This document shows positions 10,108 to 18,585 of a stretch of DNA of 64,000 nt, piece after piece (position 1 is the first letter of the stretch; each line of letters begins with the position of its first letter). The notes beneath the pieces are model-generated. The model was not told the DNA's origin. It was given only the letters and a program-made list of their open reading frames with translations, and did no database searches. The position numbers and the translations under genes are program-made. This DNA is from Spirochaetales bacterium (GTDB lineage: Bacteria; Spirochaetota; Spirochaetia; JABEVK01), in contig JBAXAI010000004.1 of NCBI GenBank assembly GCA_037142615.1, positions 104,654-168,653 of the forward strand, in the 5' to 3' direction.

Positions 10108-11835
10108 ATTCCCTTTTCGCGGTTCGCTCGTAGGCAGGTCTTGCTGGGTGTTCTCTGTTCCGGGCTCACTCTGCTTGTTCTCGCAGCGGATGTTTTGGCC
10201 CCCCGAGAGTTGTCCTTTTCTCTCTTTTATCTGGTGCCCATTCTGCTGGCGGGCTGGTACGGCAATCTGGGGCTGGGCTTGGCGTTTGCCTTGGGCGCTG
10301 CCCTGTTACGCAGCGCCTTCGACCTCCATGCAACCATGGCGGGGTCGACGTGGCTCCAGGCTGGCTGGAGGTTTGGGTCCCACGCGTTGCTCCAGGGCCT
10401 CTTCGCGGTTCTGGTCAGCCAACTCAAAGCTCAGGTGTTGCGGGCACACCAGGCCAACCGGGCCAAGTCCATGTTTCTGGCCACCATGAGTCACGAGATC
10501 CGGACGCCTCTGAACTCCGTGCTCGCGCTCAGTGAGTTGCTGGATCAGAGCCCCCTCAACCCTCAGCAGAAGTCGTGGGTCGGGTTGTTCCGCAAAGAGG
10601 GGCAACACCTGCTCGCGCTCCTGAATGACCTCCTCGACTTCAGCAAGATCGAGGCCAAGCGCTACAACGTTCGCATCGAGGAGTTCTCGCTTTCTGCTCT
10701 TCTGGAAGAAGTTCGATCCGTCATGGGGGTTCTTGCCGCCGAAAACGGTCTGGAACTTCGGGTGACCTTGGCACCGAACTTGCCGGTCAGGGTCTCCACC
10801 GACGCCCACGCGTTGCGCCGGGTGCTCTTCAACCTGGTCGGAAACGCCATCAAGTTCACTCCGTCCGGCTACGTGGCCCTGGAAGTCGAACTTCAGGGAG
10901 ATCGTTTGTGCCTTCGGGTGGTCGACACCGGCAGCGGCATCCCGCCCGATCAGCTTGATTCGATCTTTGAGCCCTTTGTCCAGGCCGAGGATACCCGGAG
11001 CGTGAACATTGGCGGTACCGGCTTGGGGTTGAGCATTGTCCGCGAGCTGCTTGTCCTCTTGGGCGGCTCCATACAGGTCAGCAGTCGCGTGGGCGAAGGC
11101 AGTGCTTTCCAGATCCTGCTGCCGCTGCAGCGACTGAGTTCGCCGGAGGTTCCGTCGCGGGAGCCACCAAAGCCCGCCTCTGCCGCACCAACCGAGACGT
11201 TGAACCTCCTGATCGCTGACGACTATCCGCTGAACCGTCTGATCCTCAGGGAGTTCCTGAAGGAACTGCCGTGCCGGGTCACCGAAGTGGAAGACGGCGA
11301 ACAGGCCGTCCAGGCCGTCAAGAGCCAGACTTTCTCACTTGTGCTGCTTGACCTGAAAATGCCCGTCTTGGATGGGGCGGGTGCCGTAAGAGCGATCCGT
11401 TCCTGGGAGAAGAAGGCGGGTAAGCCCCCGGTACCCATTGTGGCCCTGACGGCCCAAAGTTTCGACGACGATGTTGAACGTTCACTCGCGGCGGGTTTTC
11501 AGGCCCACGTCGCCAAACCTATTGACCGAGCCACGCTGCTGGCCACCGTGCTCCGGTGGGCCCGGCCGGCCCGTGACCGTCTGACCGCCCGCTACCTTGC
11601 CGATGTCCGGAGTTTTCAGGCCCAAGCGGTGACCGCACTCGAAGTAGGTGACGTTGTCGCGCTCGAGAGCCTCGGCCACCGCCTCAAGGGTACAGGCGGG
11701 AGCTTCGGGTTCCCCGAACTCACCGAGATAGGCGCGGACCTTGAAACGGCCGCCCAGGGTCCCCTCGAGCTCCTTCGGGCTGCGGTGGAAAAACTGATGT
11801 CCTTCAACGCTGGCCAGGAGGCCCCCCATGACTAG
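10108..11835 (+). CDS. Membrane hybrid sensor histidine kinase (TM-HisKA-HATPase-REC-Hpt)
   Basis: FLATMSHEIRTPLN, NLVGNAIKFT, DTGSGI, GGTGLGLSI, REC LLDLKMP, Hpt LGHRLKGTGGSFG. Start uncertain (ATT 10108, ACG 10105 or TTG 10141). Confidence 0.9.
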   Translation: MPFSRFARRQVLLGVLCSGLTLLVLAADVLAPRELSFSLFYLVPILLAGWYGNLGLGLAFALGAALLRSAFDLHATMAGSTWLQAGWRFGSHALLQGLFAVLVSQLKAQVLRAHQANRAKSMFLATMSHEIRTPLNSVLALSELLDQSPLNPQQKSWVGLFRKEGQHLLALLNDLLDFSKIEAKRYNVRIEEFSLSALLEEVRSVMGVLAAENGLELRVTLAPNLPVRVSTDAHALRRVLFNLVGNAIKFTPSGYVALEVELQGDRLCLRVVDTGSGIPPDQLDSIFEPFVQAEDTRSVNIGGTGLGLSIVRELLVLLGGSIQVSSRVGEGSAFQILLPLQRLSSPEVPSREPPKPASAAPTETLNLLIADDYPLNRLILREFLKELPCRVTEVEDGEQAVQAVKSQTFSLVLLDLKMPVLDGAGAVRAIRSWEKKAGKPPVPIVALTAQSFDDDVERSLAAGFQAHVAKPIDRATLLATVLRWARPARDRLTARYLADVRSFQAQAVTALEVGDVVALESLGHRLKGTGGSFGFPELTEIGADLETAAQGPLELLRAAVEKLMSFNAGQEAPHD

Positions 11836-13162
11836 TACCACGCCCCCCAAGAAGATCCTCATCGCCGAAGACGTTGAGTCGCTGGCCAACCTGATGAGGT
11901 TTCTGTTGGAAGAAGAGGGGTTCACGGTCGAGACAGTCCCTGACGGGGAGGCCTGCCTGCTCGTTCTGGGCACTTTCAAGCCCGATCTGCTGCTGCTCGA
12001 TATCATGATGCCCAAAGTTCACGGGCTCGAGATCATCCGTATCGTCAAGGCCTTTCATCAGACAAGGAACATCGGCGTCATCGTTTGTACCGCCAAAGAC
12101 TACAAGACCGACCGTGACCGCATCGAGGCCCTTGGAGTTTCCAGCTTCATCAGCAAGCCGTTTGAGCCTCGGGCGTTCGTCGAGGTCGTCCGGAATTTCT
12201 TCTCCCCCGATCGGGTGACCGAGCCTCACGCCGAAGTTCTCCGGCAACCCCTCAATCGGGCGACGTACCAACCCCAGATCGATCGGGTGAAGTCCCGGAT
12301 CACCCTGTGGGGAACCCGCGGTTCCACGCCGGTTTCGCACCCCCGCTACATCAAACACGGCGGCAATACCCCGTGCCTTTCGGTTCAGGCCGGCGACGCG
12401 ATGATCATCCTGGACGCCGGTACTGGCATCCGCGAGCTCGGGCAATGGTTGTTGAAGTCACCGGTGCGCAAAGTGCATCTGTTCATTGGCCACACCCATT
12501 GGGACCACATTCAGGGGTTCCCGTTCTTCGCTCCGGCCTTCGATCCTGGTTTTGAACTGCACATCTACGGTGCCGCAGGGTTCGGCAAAAACCTCAAGTC
12601 GGTCTTTCAGGGACAACTGGACCAAGACTACTTCCCGGTTCAACTCGAGGACATGCGGGCGAAGATGGAGTTCCATGTCCTCAAGGATACTTCCGTCAAG
12701 ATTGGTGGGCTCGAGGTTCACTGGGAGTTTGTGAACCATCCCGGCGCAGCCGTGGGCTTCAAACTGGTTTCCGGCAACCGCAGTTTGGCCTACATCACCG
12801 ACAACGAGTTCCTTGAGGGCTTCACCGGCTCGCCCGTCGGCCTGACTCGCAACCACCCCTCCGTATTGCCGTATCGCCCCATCATCGACTTTGTCACCGG
12901 CGTCGATCTCCTGATTCACGAGGCGCAGTACACTCCCGCAGACTATCCCGCCAAGATCACCTGGGGCCACTCGTCGTTGTCGAATGCGGCCCTCCTGGCC
13001 CATCTGGGCGAGGTGAAGCAATGGATCATCACCCACCACGACCCTTCCTACGACGACGTCGCTCTCGACGAGAACCTCTTGCTGACCCGGCAAATTCTCG
13101 ACGAGCTTGGGTCCTCGCTCCCCGTGTCCCACGCCTACGACGGCCTCGACCTGCTGTTGTAG
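11828..13162 (+). CDS. Response regulator receiver fused to MBL-fold metallo-hydrolase
   Basis: REC IAED..LLDIMMP..SKPF; MBL WGTRGS, GGNTPC, DAGTG, HTHWDHIQG, NHPG, HEAQY, WGHSS, THHDP. Confidence 0.9.
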   Translation: MTSTTPPKKILIAEDVESLANLMRFLLEEEGFTVETVPDGEACLLVLGTFKPDLLLLDIMMPKVHGLEIIRIVKAFHQTRNIGVIVCTAKDYKTDRDRIEALGVSSFISKPFEPRAFVEVVRNFFSPDRVTEPHAEVLRQPLNRATYQPQIDRVKSRITLWGTRGSTPVSHPRYIKHGGNTPCLSVQAGDAMIILDAGTGIRELGQWLLKSPVRKVHLFIGHTHWDHIQGFPFFAPAFDPGFELHIYGAAGFGKNLKSVFQGQLDQDYFPVQLEDMRAKMEFHVLKDTSVKIGGLEVHWEFVNHPGAAVGFKLVSGNRSLAYITDNEFLEGFTGSPVGLTRNHPSVLPYRPIIDFVTGVDLLIHEAQYTPADYPAKITWGHSSLSNAALLAHLGEVKQWIITHHDPSYDDVALDENLLLTRQILDELGSSLPVSHAYDGLDLLL

Positions 13163-13196
13163 TGCCCAACGTGCGCATTTTTGCTATACCTCTGGC

Positions 13197-14450
13197 ATGG
13201 TAGGAATCGACTTCGGCACATCCAACACCGTGGTCACAGCGCGATCGTCTGCCGGAGTTGAAATCCTGCCGCTCGGCGCCGGGGAACGCTCGCTCCCAAC
13301 CCTGCTCTTCGTCAACCAGGGCCATCAGGTTTCTATCGGTCACGAGGCGCGGCGGGCCCACGCCGAGGCGGCCCTGCACTCCGGTGGTGGCGCGGCGCCG
13401 TTCCGGCTGTTTCAGGCCCTCAAGCTGGCCCTCAAGGACCCCGACCTCGAATCCACCAACGTTTTTGGCCGTCAGGTCCGGCTGGAAACCATTGTTTCTT
13501 GGTATTTGGCGGAGCTGCGTCGGCGCATCCTGTTGGTCTTGCCGGGGTGGGACGGACACGCGGTGGTCGGTCGACCCGTCGAACTGTCGCCGGACCCCCG
13601 CGTGGACCTTCAACTTCAGCGGCGTTTCGAGGCCGCGTTCCTCGCGGCCGGATTTTCCTCTGTGAAGTTTGTGTACGAGCCGGTCGCCGCAGCGGTCGAT
13701 CTTGTGGGCTCGCACGAAGGTCGGGTTCTGGTCTTCGACTTCGGCGGGGGCACGCTCGATGTTTCGGTGGCGACACTGGCGGGCAACACCATTGCTGTAC
13801 CGGTCAGCGTGGGGCGTGACCTGGGCGGCTACCTGCTCGACGAGGACCTTGCCCGGGGCCGGGTGAGACAGTACTTCGGCTACGGCGGCAAACTGCGCAC
13901 GCTCACCGGTCAGTGGCTCGAAGTTCCCCACGACGTCACGGGGCAAGTCGTCCGGTTCAAGGTGCTCCCTTTCGACGAGATCCGCCGGATCAAGCGACTG
14001 ATCCCCGAGCTCCTTCAAGAGGCCATCGACAAGCCGGCTCTTCGCGGTCTTCTTGCTTTCTTGGAACGAAACCTGACGTACGACCTGTATCAGGCTCTCG
14101 ACCAGACCAAGATTGCCCTCAGCGACGCGCTTTCTTCCACGCTCAACTTTCAGGTGCCGCCGCACGTGGCCCTTCACGAGGTTGTCACCCGCGCCGAATT
14201 GGAGGACCTGCTGGCTCCCCGAGTCGCCGAGGCCGAGCACCTCGTCCTCCTGGCCTTGTCCCTTGCCGGGCTGGCTCCCGGGGCGATCGACCAGGTGGTA
14301 AGGGTCGGCGGCTCGTCACAGATCCCCATTTTCCACCGCATGCTCGAACAGTTGTTCCCCGGTCGGCTGACCGCAGGCCGGCTCTTCGAGGGAATCGCCC
14401 TGGGGCTGCTTCCCGCGTTCGAGCGAGGCCTGACGGTCCGTCCTAGCTGA
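13197..14450 (+). CDS. Hsp70-like ATPase (YegD-type, no substrate-binding domain)
   Basis: GIDFGTSN, YEPVAAA, VFDFGGGTLD, VGGSSQIP; about 417 aa. Confidence 0.85.
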   Translation: MVGIDFGTSNTVVTARSSAGVEILPLGAGERSLPTLLFVNQGHQVSIGHEARRAHAEAALHSGGGAAPFRLFQALKLALKDPDLESTNVFGRQVRLETIVSWYLAELRRRILLVLPGWDGHAVVGRPVELSPDPRVDLQLQRRFEAAFLAAGFSSVKFVYEPVAAAVDLVGSHEGRVLVFDFGGGTLDVSVATLAGNTIAVPVSVGRDLGGYLLDEDLARGRVRQYFGYGGKLRTLTGQWLEVPHDVTGQVVRFKVLPFDEIRRIKRLIPELLQEAIDKPALRGLLAFLERNLTYDLYQALDQTKIALSDALSSTLNFQVPPHVALHEVVTRAELEDLLAPRVAEAEHLVLLALSLAGLAPGAIDQVVRVGGSSQIPIFHRMLEQLFPGRLTAGRLFEGIALGLLPAFERGLTVRPS

Positions 14451-14943
14451 TCGCCTTCCAAACAGCGTCGTAGTCCGGTTCCTTGCTGGTCTCGGGCACT
14501 TGCTCGGTGTACAACACAACGTCGTCTTTCCCTACAACGACCACGGCACGCGAAAGGATGCCGGCCAGCGGCCCAGACTTCAGAAGCACCCCGTAGTCGG
14601 TGCCAAACTTCTGGTTGCGCATCTGGCTGAGTGTGATGACATTTCCGATGTTGTTGGCCTCGCAGAACCGTCTTGCCGCGAAAGGCAAGTCAGCGCTCAC
14701 GTTGAGGACCACAACATCAGCCTTGCCCGCCACCTGGTCGTTGAACTTGCGGGCTGACATCGCGCAGGTGCCTGTGTCGAGGCTGGGGTTGATGCTCAGC
14801 ACCTTGATCTTGCCTCCAAAATCGCGCAGGCTGACGTCGGTCAGGTCGGTCTTGGTGAGTAGGAAATCAGGGGCTTTGCTCCCGATTTGAGGCAGGGTAC
14901 CGACGGTTTCGACGGGTGCGCCTTTGTGAAGAATATGGGCCAT
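14443..14943 (-). CDS. tpx: Thiol peroxidase
   Basis: PSLDTGTC, SADLPFAARRFC, SRAVVV, EPDYD. Confidence 0.95.
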   Translation of the reverse strand: MAHILHKGAPVETVGTLPQIGSKAPDFLLTKTDLTDVSLRDFGGKIKVLSINPSLDTGTCAMSARKFNDQVAGKADVVVLNVSADLPFAARRFCEANNIGNVITLSQMRNQKFGTDYGVLLKSGPLAGILSRAVVVVGKDDVVLYTEQVPETSKEPDYDAVWKAIS

Positions 14944-14984
14944 GAAGGGTCTCCTTGGGCCCTAAAATACTACCAGTTTCCCCG

Positions 14985-15013
14985 TTGACAAAGGAAATCC
15001 CTTTCCGTATAGT
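14985..15013 (+). promoter_or_regulatory. Sigma70 promoter TTGACA-17-TATAGT of tRNA-Thr/rpmG/secE/nusG unit
   Basis: Near-consensus hexamers about 20 nt upstream of the tRNA. Confidence 0.8.
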
Positions 15014-15033
15014 CTACCTCACGCTTTACAAGC

Positions 15034-15105
15034 GCCTTCTTAGCTCAGGGGTAGAGCATTTCCATGGTAAGGAAAAGGTCCGCGGTTCAAATCCGCGAGA
15101 AGGCT
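15034..15105 (+). tRNA. tRNA-Thr(GGT)
   Basis: Acceptor GCCTTCT/AGAAGGC, anticodon arm TTTCC-ATGGTAA-GGAAA, T arm GGTTCAAATCC; U73; CCA not encoded. Confidence 0.95.
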
Positions 15106-15131
15106 GTCTTTAGGGACGATGGAGGTTCAAA

Positions 15132-15308
15132 ATGGCAAAAAAGAGCAAGGGTGGCGTGGAACTAATCGCTCTGGTCTGCACTGAGACCGGGTTGCGAAAT
15201 TACACGACCAAGAAGAACCGCCGCAATAATCCCGAGAAGCTGGAGTTGATGAAGTACTGCCCCAAGCTTCGCAAGCATACCCTTCATCGCGAAGGGAAGA
15301 TCAAATAA
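15132..15308 (+). CDS. rpmG: 50S ribosomal protein L33 (missing from ORF track)
   Basis: Manual translation [58 protein letters not shown]; SD GGAGG. Confidence 0.95.
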   Translation: MAKKSKGGVELIALVCTETGLRNYTTKKNRRNNPEKLELMKYCPKLRKHTLHREGKIK

Positions 15309-15322
15309 TTCGTTTTTAATAC

Positions 15323-15395
15323 AGGTCAGTAGCTCCAATGGTAGAGCGGCGGTCTCCAAAACCGTTTGTTGGGGGTTCGAGTCCCTCCTGACCTG
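15323..15395 (+). tRNA. tRNA-Trp(CCA)
   Basis: Acceptor AGGTCAG/CTGACCT, anticodon loop CTCCAAA, GGTTCGAGTCC; canonical position before secE. Confidence 0.95.
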
Positions 15396-15416
15396 CGACT
15401 CTTAGAGGTGTCCTTC

Positions 15417-15596
15417 ATGAAGAAGATTCAGGCGTTTTTCAATGAGATGATGGCAGAGCTCCGCAAGGTCATCTGGCCGAGCCCCGAGAAGGTTGTCGAA
15501 AACACCCGTATTGTTGTCTTGTCTACCGTGGCCCTGGCTCTCTTTTTTGGTACTGTCGACTTTCTCCTGATCGTCGGCACGAACTTCGTGTTCTAA
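15417..15596 (+). CDS. secE: Preprotein translocase subunit SecE
   Basis: ELRKVIWPS motif, single TM, synteny. Confidence 0.93.
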   Translation: MKKIQAFFNEMMAELRKVIWPSPEKVVENTRIVVLSTVALALFFGTVDFLLIVGTNFVF

Positions 15597-15607
15597 GGAG
15601 GGTATGA

Positions 15608-16165
15608 ATGGCCCGAGCCTGGTATATCCTCCAGACCTACTCCCAGTTCGAAAACCGTGTTGAGCGAAATATCCGCTTCCTGATGGAACAGCCTGGTCCG
15701 CTTGCCGACGGGGTGTTCGATATCAAGTGCCCTACCGAACGTGTGGTCGAAACCAAGAATGGCAAGAAGGTCGAAAAAGAGGTCAAGATCTGGCCTGGTT
15801 ATATCCTCCTCGAAATGGACCTTCCGAATCTGGGTTGGAAAGACGTCGTGTCGCCCATCAAGCGCATTCAAGGCGTGAGCGGTTTCGTCGGCGCCGTCGG
15901 CAACGCCAAGCCTATGCCGATCTCGAATGACGAGGTCAAGCAGATCCTGATGCGCTCCGGCGACATCAAGAGTGACAAGTCGGTTCTGGTTCAGCATAAC
16001 TTCCGCGAAGGACTGGAAGTTCGCATCAACGAGGGTCCGTTCGAATCGTTCAACGGCACGATCGACGATGTGAACCTCGACAAGCAGAAGTTGAAGGTTA
16101 TGGTCAATATCTTCGGTCGGGCCACGGCGGTCGAAGTCGATTTCCATCAGGTCGAAAAGATCTGA
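15608..16165 (+). CDS. nusG: Transcription termination/antitermination factor NusG
   Basis: WYILQTYS, PGYILLEM, KOW GPFESFNG, IFGRAT. Confidence 0.96.
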   Translation: MARAWYILQTYSQFENRVERNIRFLMEQPGPLADGVFDIKCPTERVVETKNGKKVEKEVKIWPGYILLEMDLPNLGWKDVVSPIKRIQGVSGFVGAVGNAKPMPISNDEVKQILMRSGDIKSDKSVLVQHNFREGLEVRINEGPFESFNGTIDDVNLDKQKLKVMVNIFGRATAVEVDFHQVEKI

Positions 16166-16219
16166 TTCGTTCTTTGGTAACAAGGGCGTAATAGCCTGGA
16201 GGGCCTCAAAACCCTCAAT

Positions 16220-16256
16220 TGTTGGGAGATTCGCCTAGCGAATCGATATCACCACA
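16220..16256 (+). promoter_or_regulatory. Probable L1-binding autoregulatory leader of rplKA
   Basis: TGGGAG-GATTCGC/GCGAATC stem-...ACCACA next to the rplK SD, matching the L1 operator pattern. Confidence 0.6.
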
Positions 16257-16268
16257 AGGAGAGCTTCA

Positions 16269-16700
16269 ATGGCAAAGAAAAAGATCACCGCCATGGTCAA
16301 GCTTCAGTGTCCCGCCGGTAAGGCGACACCTGCTCCCCCCGTCGGTCCGGCGCTCGGTCCGCACGGCGTGAGCGCCCCTCAGTTCGTCACGCAGTTCAAC
16401 GACCGCACGAAGAACATGGAGCCAGGCCTCATCATTCCGGCGATCATCACGATCTACTCGGACAAGACCTTCACGTTTATTCTCAAGACACCCCCGGCTT
16501 CGGTCCTCATAAAAAAGGCAACCGGTGTCACCAAGGGTTCGCCTGAGTCGCACAAGACCAAAGTCGGCACCATCTCCAAGGCTAAGCTTCGCGAAATCGC
16601 CACCCTCAAGATGCCCGACCTGAATGCGAACGACATTGACGCCGCGATGTCGATCATTGCCGGCACCGCCCGCTCCATGGGCATCGAGGCTGAAAAATGA
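16269..16700 (+). CDS. rplK: 50S ribosomal protein L11
   Basis: [15 protein letters not shown]; GTARSMG. Confidence 0.97.
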   Translation: MAKKKITAMVKLQCPAGKATPAPPVGPALGPHGVSAPQFVTQFNDRTKNMEPGLIIPAIITIYSDKTFTFILKTPPASVLIKKATGVTKGSPESHKTKVGTISKAKLREIATLKMPDLNANDIDAAMSIIAGTARSMGIEAEK

Positions 16701-17380
16701 AGCATGGCAAAAAGTACCGCGCCGCTTTTGAGAAGATCGAACAGGGCAAGCTCTACGACTACGACGAAGCTTTGGGCCTCGTGAAGTCGGTTGCGTTCGC
16801 CAAGTTCGACGAAACCGTCGAGATTTCGGTGAAGTTGCACCTCAAGAAAAGCCATACCGTCCGTGACACGGTCGTTCTTCCCAACACCTTCATGGGTGAA
16901 AAGAAGATCCTCGTGTTCGCCAAGGGTGACAAAGCCGACGAAGCCCGCGCACTCGGTGCCGCCTTCGTAGGTGAAGCCGACCTGATTGAGAAAATCAAGG
17001 GCGGCTGGATGGACTTCGACATCTGCGTTGCCACACCCGACATGATGAAAGACGTCGGTAAGCTGGGCCCCATCCTCGGTCGCCGAGGCCTGATGCCCAA
17101 CCCGAAGACGGGCACCGTGACCAACGACCTTGCCGCCGCCATCAAGGAATTGAAGGCCGGGCGTATCGAGTTCCGCGCCGACAAAACCGGTGTCGTTCAC
17201 TTGCCCGTGGGCAAGGTTTCGATGGAAGTCGCCAAGGTCAACGAAAACGTTCAGACCTTCCTCGGAGAGTTGGAACGCCGCCGCCCTTCGGACCTCAAGG
17301 GTGACTACATCAAGTCGGTGGCCGTCAGTTCGACCATGGGCCCCGGGGTTATGATCCAGTTCAAGGTTGCCAAGGAGTAA
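16697..17380 (+). CDS. rplA: 50S ribosomal protein L1
   Basis: [30 protein letters not shown]. Confidence 0.97.
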   Translation: MKHGKKYRAAFEKIEQGKLYDYDEALGLVKSVAFAKFDETVEISVKLHLKKSHTVRDTVVLPNTFMGEKKILVFAKGDKADEARALGAAFVGEADLIEKIKGGWMDFDICVATPDMMKDVGKLGPILGRRGLMPNPKTGTVTNDLAAAIKELKAGRIEFRADKTGVVHLPVGKVSMEVAKVNENVQTFLGELERRRPSDLKGDYIKSVAVSSTMGPGVMIQFKVAKE

Positions 17381-17383
17381 GCC

Positions 17384-17920
17384 ATGTCGGAAAAGAGAAT
17401 CCAGCCCGCAAAAATCCAGGCCGTCGCCGATCTCGACAAGCATTTCGAGGGCGTCCAAGACTACATTTTCGCCAGCTACCGCGGCATGACCGTGGAGCAG
17501 CTCTTCACGCTGCGCCGCCAACTCCGCAAGGAAGGGGCCGACTTCAAGGTTGTGAAGAACAACTTCGCCAAGATCGTGTTTCGCAACCACAAGGCCGATG
17601 GCGTCGAAGGTTACCTCGTAGGACCGACCGCCGTGGCTCTTGCCCGCAAGGACTCCGGTCCCGTGGCCAAGATTCTGGTGGACTACGCCAAGGAAGTTCC
17701 GACCCTGGAAGTGAAGGGGGGGTACATCGGCGGCTCGGCGTTCAACGCCAAGCAGGTCGAGTCCTTCTCGAAGTTGCCCAGCAAGAACGAACTGCTGTCG
17801 ATGCTGATGAGCACCATGCAGGCGCCCACGCAGAATCTGGTGTTCGTTCTCAACGGGGTTACCACCAAGCTGGTGCGCACCCTGCAAGCCGTCGCTGACA
17901 AGAAAGCCTCGGGCGAATAG
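17384..17920 (+). CDS. rplJ: 50S ribosomal protein L10
   Basis: YRGMTV, KVVKNN, GPTAVA, LPSKNELL. Confidence 0.96.
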   Translation: MSEKRIQPAKIQAVADLDKHFEGVQDYIFASYRGMTVEQLFTLRRQLRKEGADFKVVKNNFAKIVFRNHKADGVEGYLVGPTAVALARKDSGPVAKILVDYAKEVPTLEVKGGYIGGSAFNAKQVESFSKLPSKNELLSMLMSTMQAPTQNLVFVLNGVTTKLVRTLQAVADKKASGE

Positions 17921-18046
17921 GCCCACGGCGAGTTGTTTCAAAGGGCTGGTTCGCCAGTTCAACGTTTTATTTTTGTGTATCAACGGACCGGTTAGTCTTC
18001 GTTTCTAGCCTGCTATCCGGCCGTTACCATATAAGGAGAAGATAAT

Positions 18047-18430
18047 ATGGCTAAGCTCTCTGCCCAGGAAGTCCTGGACGCTATCGCCGGCATGACCGTT
18101 CTGGAAGTTTCCGAACTGGTCAAGGCCATGGAAACCAAGTTTGGTGTCACCGCTGCCGCTCCCGTGGCTGTGGCTGCTGCCGGCCCCGCTGCCGCTGCCG
18201 CCCCTGCTGCCGAGGAACAGACTGAGTTCGACGTCATCCTCAAGGCCCATGGTGAGAAGAAGATCGACGTCATCAAGGTCGTTCGCGAAATCACCGCTCT
18301 CGGTCTCAAGGAAGCCAAGGATCTCGTCGAAGCTGGCGGCAAGGCCGTCAAGGAAGGCGTCACCAAGGCCGAAGCCGAGGAAATCAAGAAGAAGCTCACT
18401 GCTGTGGGCGCTGAAGTTGAGATCAAGTAA
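18047..18430 (+). CDS. rplL: 50S ribosomal protein L7/L12
   Basis: [31 protein letters not shown]. Confidence 0.97.
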   Translation: MAKLSAQEVLDAIAGMTVLEVSELVKAMETKFGVTAAAPVAVAAAGPAAAAAPAAEEQTEFDVILKAHGEKKIDVIKVVREITALGLKEAKDLVEAGGKAVKEGVTKAEAEEIKKKLTAVGAEVEIK

Positions 18431-18481
18431 GGAATTGGCCCTGGCATGCCGGGGTTTCTAGTTTCTAGTTTTCTCTTTTAA

Positions 18482-18533
18482 CCTCCGGAACTCCAAAGGT
18501 CGAAAAACCTATGGAGTTCTGGCGGCTTTTTTT
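18482..18533 (+). terminator. Intrinsic terminator/attenuator between rplL and rpoB
   Basis: CCGGAACTCCA...TGGAGTTCTGG long hairpin followed by a T7 tract. Confidence 0.7.
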
Positions 18534-18585
18534 GTCAGGGGGGCCTCAGGCCCCGGGGACCTACTGGGTCCTGCAGGAGGGTTGC

